A DNA stretch of 64,000 nt, taken from Macrostomum lignano (lineage: Eukaryota). Positions 12,901-24,651 of this stretch are shown one piece after another. The stretch is taken from NCBI GenBank assembly GCA_002269645.1, contig NIVC01002217.1:99908-163907 (forward strand), in the 5' to 3' direction. Every line of letters begins with the position of its first letter. Within the stretch, counting starts at the first letter, position 1. Both the position numbers and the translations under genes were made by a program. The notes under the pieces are model-generated. The model was given only the letters and a program-made list of their open reading frames with translations, was not told where the DNA came from and made no database searches.

Positions 12901-14198
12901 ATCGATCGCTGATTGTGCAACCTGAAGAGTCGCGGCTGTGCAGATTGGCGCGAAGATTAGAGACTAGATAGATAGAGAATAATAGCAGAGAGAAAACCAG
13001 GTGGGCTGACAGAGAAATGAAAACAGGATATAGAAAACTGCTGGAAGCGCTTCTGCTGATCTGCTGCGAAAGAATCAGTTGAACTTTTAAAAAGCACAGT
13101 GTTTAAATGCGAGTGTCATGAGACTGGCTTGACTGGTACGCGGATGAGACTGTTGCACTTGGGTCAGACTGTTGCACTTGGGTCAGACTGTTGCACTTGG
13201 GTCAGACTGTTGCACATGGATGAGACTGTTGCACTTGGGTCAGACTGTTGCACTTGGATGAGTCTGCACAGGATGAGACTTGCACACGGATGAGACTGTT
13301 GCACTTGGATGAGTCTGTTGCACAGGATGAGACTTGCACACAAATGAGACTGTTGCACACAAATGAGACTGTTGCACACAAATGAGACTGTTGCACACAA
13401 ATGAGACTGTTGCACACAAATGAGACTGTTGCACACAAATGAGACTGTTGCACACAAATGAGACTGTTGCACACAAATGAGACTGTTGCACACAAATGAG
13501 ACTGTTGCACACAAATGAGACTGTTGCACATCAAACTGTTGCACACAAATCAGACTGTTGCAGGAGAGCACAGTGAAATGTGTGTGTTGCAGCAATGTGT
13601 CTGCTACAGAAAGGACCTGAAGTACCGACTGTTACAGGGCGGGCTGTTCAACAGAAAGACCGGTGTAGTGATTGGGCGGAATAGCTCAAAGTACAAGGTA
13701 GAATGTCGGGTAGAATTCTGAAATTTCAATCTCCCTAATGACGCCGGTGCTAAGAGAGAAACTCGAGCGCTTTAATTTTTCGCGAGGAAATGAAAAAAAC
13801 ACGTTTGGATCGGGTTTTTCTACGCCGGTCCCCCACCCCACGAATTATTGTAAAACAGAGTAGGGCTGCATATTTAATTAAGCGGCGTATTGCCTTAGTG
13901 CAGAGCGGAGAGAGAGAGAGAGAGAGAGAGAGAGGCACCCGCCTATGACTGGTTAAATTAGAGTGCTTCGCTCTTCGCCTCTCAGGTGACGATCGAGCCG
14001 CCGGATGTGCAGTATCACCACTCCAATGACAGCTCCGTGCAGTGCGGCCCGTTGGCCTGCCGGCACGACTCCGCCTCGTCTGACGCCTCCTCCGCCGGCG
14101 CCGCCGCTGATGGCGCCGCCGGGCATCAGCGATTGGCCCTGGTGAAGGCGGCCGAAGTGTGCTACCCGCTGGTGCACCGGCATCATGGATCCGGCTGA
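6999..14198 (+). CDS. gol: Goliath/RNF130-RNF150 family E3 ubiquitin ligase (signal peptide, PA-like domain, TM, RING-H2), ~540 aa
   Basis: Exons 6999-7913, 8735-8806, 10011-10093, 10376-10715, 13986-14198; GT-AG, phases consistent. Family TM motif [40 protein letters not shown]; RING-H2 [48 protein letters not shown]. The last exon is less certain than the first four. Confidence 0.92.
8031..8292. repeat. (CAGT)n microsatellite with CAGC interruptions
   Basis: Directly visible in goliath intron 1. Confidence 0.97.
10109..10303. repeat. 24-bp minisatellite (gagattttgagatctgttggcaat) filling the intron that splits the RING domain
   Basis: About 8 units within intron 10094-10375. Confidence 0.95.
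10922..11215 (+). mobile_element. tRNA-derived SINE, copy 1
   Basis: Pol III A-box TAGCCTAGTGG near 10928 and B-box GGTTCGATTC at 10972, followed by a non-tRNA body (ttcagttcacccagctgtaaaatgggtgcc...) and an AT-rich tail. The body is nearly identical to an inverted copy at 26225-26488. Confidence 0.88.
12070..12455. repeat. 19-bp minisatellite (ggatcagactgttgctcat)
   Basis: Directly visible, period 19. Confidence 0.95.
13140..13560. repeat. 19-bp minisatellite (gggtcagactgttgcactt grading to aaatgagactgttgcacac)
   Basis: Directly visible; shares the agactgttgc core with the 12070 array. Confidence 0.93.
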
Positions 14199-14384
14199 TT
14201 TTAGGAGTTTACAGCGTTGGGCGAGCTAGGGAAGGAAGCATTACGAATTTTCGAATAAGAACTGATTAGGTTGGTGATTTTTTTAACTTAAATATTCGAA
14301 TTATCGCTTCAAATAGTTGCCAGCTGTGAGTTTTAGCCATTTTTAGGAGTAATTCGACTGCTGTGTCTCTACTCCAAGCCGTGT

Positions 14385-14940
14385 CCTCGATTGACCCTAA
14401 ACCGTGTCCTTGACTGACCCTAAACCGTGTCCTTGACTGACCCTAAACCGTGTCCTTGACTGACCCTAAACCGTGTCCTTGACTGACCCTAAACCGTGTC
14501 CTTGACTGACCCTAAACCGTGTCCTTGACTGACCCTAAACCGTGTCCTTGACTGACCCTAAACAATGTCCTTGACTGACCCTAAACCGTGTCCTTGACTG
14601 ACCCTAAACAGTGTCCTTGACTGACCCTAAACCGTGTCCTTGACTGACCCTAAACCATGTCCTTGACTGACCCTAAACTGTGTCCTTGACTGACCCTAAA
14701 CAGTGTCCTTGACTGACCCTAAACCGTGTCCTTGACTGACCCTAAACAGTGTCCTTGACTGACCCTAAACAGTGTCCTTGACTGACCCTAAACAGTGTCC
14801 TTGACTGACCCTAAACAGTGTCCTTGACTGACCCTAAACCGTGTCCTTGACTGACCCTAAACACGTTGACTGACCCTAAACACGTTGACTGACCCTAAAC
14901 AGTGTCCTTGGCTGACTATAAACCGTGTCCTTAATTGACC
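14385..14940. repeat. 23-bp minisatellite (ccgtgtccttgactgaccctaaa)
   Basis: Period 23 at 14401/14424. Confidence 0.95.
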
Positions 14941-16073
14941 TCAACCCACATCCTTGACTCCTAAATGGATCCTTATTCGGATCACCGTGTGCGCACAGCT
15001 GTTTAATTTGTAGCCTGGCAGCATCTGGCGCCACGCGCCTAGCCTTGACCTTAATCAACCTTTGGATATCTTTGTTGCGCAGGCTCTCCCTGTAGTCTCG
15101 TCTCTCTGTGAAGTTTTGCTTTTTAATTTCTGCACACGCATTGTTGTGTTGTATTATTAGTCTGCCCTCGCTAGTCCTGTTGCTTGTGTTTGTCGTTCGC
15201 TTCTCGTCGCATGTGTCTGCATAGCGCATGCTGTAGCTTCTTAGCCTCTGTGTATGCGAGTATTCAATATTGCCGTATTCTCCTAGTCTGCCTGTCAATC
15301 AGTTTTGCTGCTATTATCTATCAGATAGTTGCTCCCAAAATCCCGGAGCACGTGCCCCCCCGTGTGCTTTTTGTCTTTCGCTTCGCATCCACTGCCTCCT
15401 CATCCCCCCTAGCAACAAGCAATTATAGGTAATTAATGTAATAATATAATAATTATCCGAGAGGAGCGGCACCCGAGAAGTTTTCAATCTATTAGTAGAC
15501 TATGAAAAGTTTTTATTGTTGATTTATGATTTGCTGTACAATTATTAGTGTTTATTAATTTCTGCTTACTGTTCCGCTTTATATCTGTAAATAAATATTG
15601 ATGACGAGAATAAATAAAAATTACACTGTTTATTGCGCAGCCCTGTAGCCCTGTGTTGTGCTTGACCAGCTTATCAATGTAGTTCAATAACTATACATTT
15701 TTATGCTAATTAGCAATGAGAGGTGTGATTCACCTTGCTCTCTGATTACTTATTCAGATTGCTTTATTCACACGTATAGGCTTGCTTGGGATTATTATCC
15801 CCTATCAAATGCACTTACAAATTTATATGTATAGCTAATCAAAATTGGTTCTCTATCGCCCTGTTTTGCACTCTGCAGTCTCATTGAGACATTCTTGGTG
15901 GCTCTGTTTATTGCGCAACGATTGGACCAGCTTTGTTATAATAAACAGTTTCTCAGTCAGACTAACCAATAAAACAGTATGGCAGTGCGCGTGGCTTTAT
16001 AAATTGTCACTACTATGGAACTGTTTCAACTGCATTGCGGGATGGCGCCAGATTAATCTCTGTTTATTTCAGT

Positions 16074-16985
16074 GATCCCAGCATCTCTGCATTGATCCCA
16101 GCCTCTCTGCACTGATCCCAGCCTCTCTGCACTGATCCCAGCCTCTCTGCATTGATCCCAGCCTCTCTGCACTGATCCCAGCATCTCTGCACTGATCCCA
16201 GCCTCTCTGCACTGATCCCAGCCTCTCTGCACTGATCCCAGCCTCTCTGCACTGATCCCAGCCTCTCTGCACTGATCCCAGCCTCTCTGCACTGATCCTA
16301 GCCTCTCTGCACTGATCCCAGCCTCTCTGCACTGATCCCAGCATCTCTGCACTGATCTCAGCATCTCTGCATTGATCCCAGCCTCTCTGCACTGATCCCA
16401 GCCTCTCTGCACTGATCCCAGCCTCTCTGCACTGATCCCAGCCTCTCTGCACTGATCCCAGCATCTCTGCACTGATCCCAGCCTCTCTGCACTGATCCCA
16501 GCCTCTCTGCATTGATCCCAGCCTCTCTGCACTGATCCCAGCCTCTCTGCATTGATCCCAGCCTCTCTGCATTGATCCCAGCCTCTCTGCACTGATCCCA
16601 GCCTCTCTGCACTGATCCCAGCATCTCTGCACTGATCCCAGCCTTTCTGCACTGATCCCAGCATCTCTGCACTGATCCCAGCCTCTGCACTGATCCCAGC
16701 CTCTCTGCACTGATCCCAGCATCTCTGCACTGATCCCAGCCTCTCTGCACTGATCCCAGCCTCTCTGCACTGATCCCAGCATCTCTGTACTGATCCCAGC
16801 CTCTCTGCACTGATCCCAGCCTCTCTGCACTGATCCCAGCCTCTCTGCACTGATCCCAGCATCTCTGCACTGATCCCAGCCTCTCTGCACTGATCCCAGC
16901 CTCTCTGCACTGATCCCAGCATCTCTGTACTGATCCCAGCCTCTCTGCACTGATCCCAGCCTCTCTGCACTGATCCCAGCCACTC
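16074..16985. repeat. 20-bp minisatellite (gcactgatcccagcctctct)
   Basis: Units align in register across the 60-bp lines. Confidence 0.97.
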
Positions 16986-18059
16986 TACAACGTCGGTAGC
17001 CATCAAAACTGATCCATGTAGTTTTAAAGCTACCCAACTTCACATAGACTAAATGTGTTACCATAAGTAGAGTGTTAGGTAAATTATCTAGCTCACTTGG
17101 CTATTAGGTATAGGCGCCTATATAGGCTACTTAAAACGAGAGCTTCTTCCTTTTTTGAGTAGTAAAACATTTTAATACAAAGATAAAATTGACTTCACCT
17201 CTGAATTAAATGGATTTTTACTCAAAAGTACGATTAAACCAAACCTAGCGGTTCTGATCGTTAGTGTGTAGAACAGTTCTTAGAGCTGAAGGCTGTGACT
17301 ACACTATAACGCCTCCCATGAGGCAGACAGTCCGCTCTCTCTATCTCCTCTCTCTCTCTCACTCTGTCTATTCACGCTAAGCGAAGCAAGAGGTCAGCAG
17401 GGGGGGGGGGTCCCGTGTGCAACTTGGCGCATTCTTTTATAGAGAGATAGCTAGCCAGATAGCAATGCTTATAATACTATAAGTAATGCATGGAGCTGAT
17501 GCAATAGCTGAGGCTAGGGCGAGTATACGTACGCAAGAGTAGGGCAGAACTAGCTGGCAGAGCTAATTACATGGAGACCAGAGTCCGGGCCCAGTCCCCC
17601 TAGGGACAGATCCAGGGCGAACGATGACGGTCGAACTGAGTTCACCCCACTGCAGTTCCCCGAAGCATTTGGGGATTAACTTTTTTACCCTCTTCTACTC
17701 CTCCCCTATATCCCCCGACGCGAACTGGTCGCATTCTTTTAAGCCTTCCCCTTCTAAATCCTTGCTTGCTTCGCCTTGCGGAGCCCTACACTCTAAGACC
17801 CATAGCTAGTGGCGCCATTGCCAACCCCGAGATAGCGAGAGCTGTAGGCTGCTGTGACAGGAAATCTGTCTCGATCAATTGGGCAGTTTAATCAGGCCGG
17901 CTACAGTGCGATAGGGGCGGGGTAGGAGCTGAGGGCGTCAGCGTGTGTGGGATGATCCTGTTTGAAGGATGATTCAGCCGTGGTCTCTGGACAACTCATT
18001 CTCATTTTTAATAAGTTCGTTTCAGATTGCGGCGCAGTGACTCTGCGATCTTTCCCAAG

Positions 18060-18490
18060 CTTGGGTGACTCGGTGATCAGTCCCAATTTGAGATGACTCG
18101 GTGATCAGTCCCAATTTGAGATGACTCTGTGATCAGTCTCAATTTGGGATGACTTGGTGATCAGTCCCAATTTAAGATGACTCGGTGATCAGTCCCAATT
18201 TGGGATGACTCGGTGATCAGTCCCAATTTGAGATGACTCGGTGATCAGTCCCAATTTGAGATGACTCGGTGATCAGTCCCAATTTGAGATGACTCGGTGA
18301 TCAGTCCCAATTTGGGATGACTCGGTCGGTGATCAGTCCCTATTTGAGATGACTCGGTGATCAGTCCCAATTTGAGATGACTCGGTGATCAGTCCCAATT
18401 TGAGATGACTCGGTGATCAGTCCCAAGTTTGGGTGACTCAGTCATCAGTCCCAAGTTTGGGTGACTCGGTCGGTGATCAGTCCCAATTTA
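18060..18490. repeat. 28-bp minisatellite (gatgactcggtgatcagtcccaatttga)
   Basis: Directly visible; abuts the LINE remnant. Confidence 0.93.
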
Positions 18491-18700
18491 GGAGAGTTCC
18501 GGGTTTGGGCCGAAGTAGTTGAGCCTGTCTTGAGTAAAGGCGGGGCATTCACAGATGAAGTGCTCCGCAAGGAGGCAGAATGGGCATTCCTCACTGCGGA
18601 TTCCCCTAAAGGTAGCGATGCCTGGCAAAACAGCTGAGGTCTGAGAGAGCCATGGTCATCGCCCTGATGTCCCTGCGGTTGACCACCTTGTAACGAGAAA
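18490..18700 (-). mobile_element. Degenerate 3' end of a non-LTR retrotransposon ORF2 (CCHC zinc-knuckle region)
   Basis: Minus-strand translation VNRRDIRAMTMALSDLSCFARHRYL* / frameshift / GIRSEECPFCLLAEHFICECPAFTQDRLNYFG matches the C-x2-C...H-x4-C motif at the end of I/R1/LOA-type ORF2; it contains a stop and a frameshift. Confidence 0.7.
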
Positions 18701-19434
18701 ATTAGGCCCATTTTTTCATCTTCAGACCCTCCGTAACAGCTATGGCTAGGAAAAAAGGAGGAAGCAAACAGGCCATTGCAAAACGATCCAAGTGCTGGCC
18801 CTGAATCTGGTTAAGTATACGGTATATTTAGACTTTGTGGACTATTATTTAGCCTTCATCCCCTATACCTACCGGTTAAGATCAGCTGCAGCCTGACAGC
18901 TCATCAATCCATCAGTTTCGCACCTTTAGCAGCAGCTGGCTGTGTGGCCTTCTTCCTACGGGCAGAGAGAAGGCGGAGGAAGTGAGAAAGCGGCTGAGAG
19001 AGAGCACGGGCTATACTGGCCCGATCGCGATTGGATGGACCCTGCTTGAGCCGGCAGTCTCAGCTGATGGATTAAGGGATGCCATCGGGATGACAGTGGA
19101 CGGCTACGGGGCTTGGATGTCGGGGGAGGGGTGCATGGGGTTCGGCTAGGATTGGAAGAGAGAAGCGGCCAGAAAACTGGCGGGAAGCCTCCAGATCCGG
19201 GAGATTCCGCCGCGACGCGCCGCTCTGCCACTAGCCAGCTGGCTATATAGGGGAAATCAGCTCCGATCTTCGTTTTCTGACTGCCGAGTCGCTCGTCTTT
19301 CCGCTGCCAGCTGCCACCCTGTCTGTTTGGCTGCTTCTTCAATACGGTGAGGCTCTGTCCCGTGGCCTGGGAATACTGCCGCATGACTCTGAGCCGCTCT
19401 GATCCCGCTTTGGCTGTCATCTGCACTCTGACTT

Positions 19435-19775
19435 TGCTTGTCTGTGTCTGCGCGTTTGTATTAGTGCCTGTCGATGTGTCTGCGCGTTTGTATTAGTGCC
19501 TGTCGATGTGTCTGCGCGTTTGTATTAGTGCCTGTCGATGTGTCTGCGCGTTTGTATTAGTGCCTGTCGATGTGTCTGCGCGTTTGTATTGGTGCCTGTC
19601 TGTGTGTCTGCGCGTTTGTATTAGTGCCTGTCGATGTGTCTGCGCGTTTGTATTAGTGCCTGTCGATGTGTCTGCGCGTTTGTATTGGTGCCTGTCTGTG
19701 TGTCTGCGCGTTTGTATTAGTGCCTGTCGATGTGTCTGCGCGTTTGTATTAGTGTCTTGTGTCGATGTGTCTTAG
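19435..19775. repeat. 32-bp minisatellite (tgtctgcgcgtttgtattagtgcctgtcgatg)
   Basis: Period 32 at 19511/19543. Confidence 0.93.
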
Positions 19776-20020
19776 TATCCAAGTGTCTCTCTTTACTCGT
19801 TTCTTGGCGTCTACTCATGTGTCTGTTTAGTGCATTTGTGTTTGTTTTAGTGTCTTATGTATCAGCTTGGTTGTCTTAGTGACGTTCTGACATGGCAGTG
19901 ACTATCGTTAGCCCGTATGTCTGTCGGTCTCCCTGTCAGTCGGCCTTGGCATCATTTTCCTCCACAGCATCAGGCAGCCAGTCAAACCTCACTGCACCAA
20001 GTTGCAGGCCCGCCAGCAAC

Positions 20021-20509
20021 ATGGTGCAGCTGTTCTACTACGAACAAGTCGGCCGCCGTTGCGTCAAGCTGCTGCAGCCAAGCGGCGGGGGCAGCAGCAG
20101 CGGCCAGGACCGCCAGCCAGTGAAGGTGCTGCTGCACCCTGAGGAGGGCGGCGGCTGCCTCGGGCTCAACGCCTACTGGCTGCTCCGCTTTCCCTGGTTC
20201 ACCAGGCGGCTCTGCCGGGTCACGGAAGTCAGCGGCGGCCTCAAACGCCGAGCAGGCTGGGCTACGGTGGCCCACTCGGATGACGGCGGCTGCGTGTCCA
20301 TTGCCGGCCGGCTGAAGCAGAAAGTCAAGCAGCAGCAGCAGCAGCAGTTTCTGGCAGGCAGCAGCGGCAATTTCCTGTTGCGCCTCACCTCGAGCGTGTC
20401 GGACGCAGACTTTCACCGGGGCTACAGCCTGACCGGCTGGCTGGAGTCTGGGCGGGGTCGGCAGAGGCAGGTGACACACCTGGCCATGGTGAAGCGGCCA
20501 GGTTACTGA
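20021..20509 (+). CDS. Uncharacterised ~162-aa protein (single coding exon)
   Basis: GC3-rich ORF MVQLFYYEQVGRRC...HLAMVKRPGY* with poly-Q and GGGSSS tracts typical of the other exons here. Acceptor-like ttttcctccacag ends at 19967 and AATAAA lies at 20979. The ATG choice (20021 versus 19892) is inferred. Confidence 0.7.
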   Translation: MVQLFYYEQVGRRCVKLLQPSGGGSSSGQDRQPVKVLLHPEEGGGCLGLNAYWLLRFPWFTRRLCRVTEVSGGLKRRAGWATVAHSDDGGCVSIAGRLKQKVKQQQQQQFLAGSSGNFLLRLTSSVSDADFHRGYSLTGWLESGRGRQRQVTHLAMVKRPGY

Positions 20510-20629
20510 GAGCGACTTGAGCTGCTCGCAATGCGCACAGATTCGGTAAATCCCGAAGACCACCCTGATTGGCTAGTTTGGGCCTGTCACTTTCATTTTA
20601 GAAGCGTCTTGGGACCCTTTACTATCCCT

Positions 20630-20940
20630 TATTGGACCTGTCACACGCCCATCTTGAGCCTGTCACACGCCCATTTTGAGCCTGTCACACGCCCATTTTG
20701 AGCCTGTCACGCGCCCATTTTGAGCCTGTCACACTTGCATCTTGAGCCTGTCACACGCCCATCTTGAGCCTGTCACACGCCCATCTTGAGCCTGTCACAC
20801 TGCCATCTTGAACCTGTCACACTAGCATCTTGAGCCTGTCACACTGCCATCTTGAACCTGTCACACTGCCACCTTGAACCTGTCACACTGCCACCTTGAA
20901 CCTGTCACACTGCTCTCCTAAGCCTGTCACACTCCCTGTC
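20630..20940. repeat. 22-bp minisatellite (cttgagcctgtcacacgcccat)
   Basis: Period 22 at 20641/20663. Confidence 0.92.
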
Positions 20941-22002
20941 ACCTTGGCCCTTTTGGTCTGTAAAAGCATGGATTAAATGAATAAAAGTTTTACTCATTGC
21001 AGCACTCAAGTCCTCGTTTTATTGAAGCTTCTTTCTAATGCGGTTTTTCTGTATCAGCTGACAACTGTTTTCCGCGAACTGGCTGAATCATGTTTATTCT
21101 TTTAGCGTGTGAACTGCTAGTGCTCGCATGATTACGACTATATATTTAAATTTGTTATAAATTGATTTCAATATTAAACTGAAGCGGCATATCGAATAGC
21201 GTCAGAATTGCAGTGCATATCAATTGGTTTACCCGACTACCTCAATAGGCTTAATACAATGAAACAAAGGCCTTTTTAACAGTACTCTTTGTTGCGAAAT
21301 ATTCGTTTCGAATATCGAATGTTTCCCATGCAAATAAATACCCAACTAATTAACGCGTCTTTTTTGTTCGAAAGTACACCTCGGAAAAATGATTCGAGCC
21401 TGAGACTGCAGTTCGCATTCGCGAATTAATTGCCGAACTGGGCCTTCGCCCGAGGGCTTTTGGTTCGAACCCCCCTCTCCCCAACCCCCAGACCCTCAGG
21501 GAGTCGCAGAATGCAAATTCAATGCAGACTTTCTGTGGATCCTGAAATTTTTCCACCGATTTGAGTCCTCCCAGCAACTACAGCAGAGTTGGGGGGATGA
21601 GCATTACACTCCCGACTCCGGTGCTGGACAAGATGGCTAATTTGATTAACTTTTCTCTCTCTATTGCCATCCCAGACAAGCCAAATCCCGCCCGAATTAG
21701 GCGCCCCGGTCCCCAGGGGCGGGGAGTTTTGCATATCGGAATCGATGCCTCAGGGTCATTCCGTTGAGACGTGCTCGGCCAGCCGTCTATGGCCCAACTC
21801 GGAATCGAATAGTTCAGTACTAGAGAGCCAGGAGCGCACTGCTAAAAAAGCATTATAGCTAACTTGTTAATAAAAGTCTGAAAAGTATTGGACTTTAACT
21901 AAGTTTAGCGGCAAACAGCCGAAGCCAGAACTTGCACCAGCCAAGCACAGCAGTGGAGGCCCAGCAGAGTGAGCGGCCAGCTTTACTTTCTCAGTTGTCG
22001 TC

Positions 22003-23850
22003 ATGCAGTCGATACAGAAGCCGCAGGTGCCGAAGGTCTACCGGCTGCAGATCGAAGGCGTCGGCGCCTCGGCAGGCGAGTACGCGTACACCGCCATCCG
22101 GCCGTACTTCCCCGCCCTGCACCCCAACACGCTGTGGATCATCAACCGCGTGCGCTCGGGCGACGCCACGCCTTTGGTGAATATTCTGAAGACCCGAGAG
22201 CGGATGAACATCTTCTTCAAGTACATGTACTTTCAAATCTTGGACAAGCCGTCGCTCTACAATCCAAAGTCGCCCATGGACCGGCCGATGTTCAACGAGA
22301 AGGCCTACCTGTTTCTCAACATCTTCTCGGTGGCGCTCTACTTCAAATGCGAGACAATCGTTCGCGTCCTGGCGCCGATTCGGGTTGGCAAAATCGACAA
22401 CGCGGCCAGCTACGAGGCCATGAGCGAGGTGTCCATTCCGCAGTACGCCACCTACGTTCACGACCACTCGTTTGGCGACCTCATCACTTTCAACATCCCC
22501 ACGATCATGATGCGTAGGGAGGCCTATTTCGCCATCCCGTCGCTGTTCCGTTTCGGCTCTTGGGCGCCGCGCAGCCAGTTCTGCATCTACTATTTCCGGC
22601 GGAACTACAATTTCTCTAGGAAATTCAGCGACTGGATGGAATACGCCTGGTCGCTGCTAGACGAACGGCCCTACACGAAAATCTCTATGCTAGTTAACAT
22701 GCTCAACAAGGCTGCTCACGTCAATTTCTACCTGGGCGACAAAGTGTTCTACCAGCCCATTAACTGTCGCTATTATAACGCTCCGTGGGCTTCGCCAGAT
22801 CAGGACGAACGGGCGGTGATTGTGTATCGGTCCTACCCGCGCCGCATGCTGTGCAAACTCTTCCTGCACAAGGACCCGTTGAGAATCATGCCCCAGATCA
22901 TACCGTTTGTTCGCGTCTTCCAGAAGGAGCGCTACTTTGTGTCGCAGACGTCAAAATCGCTCAATCCAGAATTTCGATTGGTGATTCTCAGCAGCCTGGA
23001 GGAGCGCTTCATCAACCTGTCGCCCATAGTGAACTCCACCGAAATCAATTCGTCTGACTACGTTGAGCAGAACGGCCACAAGACGTCGATCTACGATTAC
23101 GACAACATTCTCGCCTTGCTGCACTACTTCCTGGTGCTGGCCGCCGACAGAAATGTCGAATCGCTGAAGCACAGCATCATCCACCTCATCATGGACATCC
23201 TGACAGACACCAGCCTGTTGTACGTCTTCTCCAAGGAGCCCGCTGTAAACATCTCCTACTACATGTCGCACCTTATCGACGGTCCGTTCATCCAGCCGAA
23301 CGATCTGCAGCACATGCTGAGGAACATCCCAACTCTGCTGATGTCGTCCACTGTCGCCGACAAGAGTTTCCCGCCGTTCCTGCAGACCTCTGGCAGCAAG
23401 TACGACAAGCAGCAGCCAGCCGCCACCGAGCTGTTCAAGAACAAGCTGCCCCGGCTGTGGGAGCGCGGCCGCTTTGCCAAGGCCATCCAGCAGATGATGA
23501 AGTATCGAATCGATCTGGACGACAAAGCCGGCGTCACCACGCTGGAGTACTGCAAGTGGAAGAACGAGTACCTGGAGGCCAGGCTGCGCCTCAGCATGCA
23601 GACCATGAACCAGGAGCAGCAGACCATCCCGGCCGAGCGGGTGGACCAGCGCCTCACCTCCGACGACGAGGGCGGCACGCACGGCTCGTCCAGGGGCTGG
23701 CGGGCCTATCCGCCCAGCTACTTCAGGGACGCCAAAGAGTTCATGGTTAAAAAGCAGAAGGACGCCACCAAGGTGAAGAAGAAGGCCAGGAAGAATTTCA
23801 TCGACCTCTGGACAATAGACGAGCTAGAGGTGAAGAAGTCAGCCAAGTGA
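22003..23850 (+). CDS. Intronless 615-aa uncharacterised protein with Lys-rich C-terminus
   Basis: 1848-bp uninterrupted non-repetitive ORF with strong C/G third-position bias; acceptor-like ctttactttctcag ends at 21994; AATAAA near 24185 and 24226. No family recognised. Confidence 0.85.
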   Translation: MQSIQKPQVPKVYRLQIEGVGASAGEYAYTAIRPYFPALHPNTLWIINRVRSGDATPLVNILKTRERMNIFFKYMYFQILDKPSLYNPKSPMDRPMFNEKAYLFLNIFSVALYFKCETIVRVLAPIRVGKIDNAASYEAMSEVSIPQYATYVHDHSFGDLITFNIPTIMMRREAYFAIPSLFRFGSWAPRSQFCIYYFRRNYNFSRKFSDWMEYAWSLLDERPYTKISMLVNMLNKAAHVNFYLGDKVFYQPINCRYYNAPWASPDQDERAVIVYRSYPRRMLCKLFLHKDPLRIMPQIIPFVRVFQKERYFVSQTSKSLNPEFRLVILSSLEERFINLSPIVNSTEINSSDYVEQNGHKTSIYDYDNILALLHYFLVLAADRNVESLKHSIIHLIMDILTDTSLLYVFSKEPAVNISYYMSHLIDGPFIQPNDLQHMLRNIPTLLMSSTVADKSFPPFLQTSGSKYDKQQPAATELFKNKLPRLWERGRFAKAIQQMMKYRIDLDDKAGVTTLEYCKWKNEYLEARLRLSMQTMNQEQQTIPAERVDQRLTSDDEGGTHGSSRGWRAYPPSYFRDAKEFMVKKQKDATKVKKKARKNFIDLWTIDELEVKKSAK

Positions 23851-24535
23851 GGCTTCGCACAGGCTCTACAAATGAAGAGATTTGCTGGAGGGACAAAGGT
23901 TTTCGCTTTTATCAGCCTAACAAAAACGCAGGTGCTAAAAAGTTGAGTCATTGTTTACATTTTTTGAGCATTACTTTTTTCGCACAATATTCTTTTTTGT
24001 TTTTCCGGAACTTTGTTTCTACTTGGTTCAGAGATTTTTTTGCAAACACGTCAGCGCAAATCAGTTTAAACTTGGTGTTGGCGCCTCACCAGTTACCTGT
24101 ACTTACCTTTTGGCGCTAACAAGCCCTAAGCTTTAATGGACCTGAGTATAGTTCTCCGACACCACCTGCCCCACCCCTTTTGCTAATAAAAGAGTCGTCA
24201 GCAAAAAAGCAGAAAAAGGAACACAAATAAAAGGAAGCCGAAAGGAAACAGGCAATAACTTTGCTTTACTAGTACTGCCGTGACCTCTCTGTGTCTTAGT
24301 CATTTTCAAACTGTTCATTTAAGTATTTTGCGGAACATTTAGTGCAGTACAATCTTATTATTAAAAAGTTTATTATCTTCTGTTTCAAATTGCATTCGTG
24401 CGTTTTGCTGACGGAGAAATTCAACAAATCAAAATTCGCAGGCAGTTTGCTGCACTAGTGCAGCAGTGTCAGATTCAACAGCAGGTAGCGATTCTGTGAG
24501 CACGGTGTTGCACATCTACAAGAATAAAAGTCCAA

Positions 24536-24539
<4 letters not shown>

Positions 24540-24594
<55 letters not shown>
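24540..24594. repeat. (GA)n microsatellite between convergent 3' ends
   Basis: Directly visible. Confidence 0.97.
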
Positions 24595-24597
<3 letters not shown>

Positions 24598-24651
24598 GAG
24601 AGAGTCCAGATCAATGAGTGAGAGAGTCCATGGATGAACAAGCCCAAATCG

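Noticed and set aside
17070-19260. Possible LTR retrotransposon: PBS-like tggcgcc at 17810 and tggcagagcgg on the minus strand near 19225
   Set aside because: No paired LTRs, no TG...CA boundaries and no gag/pol sequence visible.
21401-21480. GC-rich hairpin cluster resembling an HDV-like ribozyme
   Set aside because: I could not assign the nested P1/P1.1/P2/P3/P4 pairing; only a simple cagttcg/cgaactg stem is evident.
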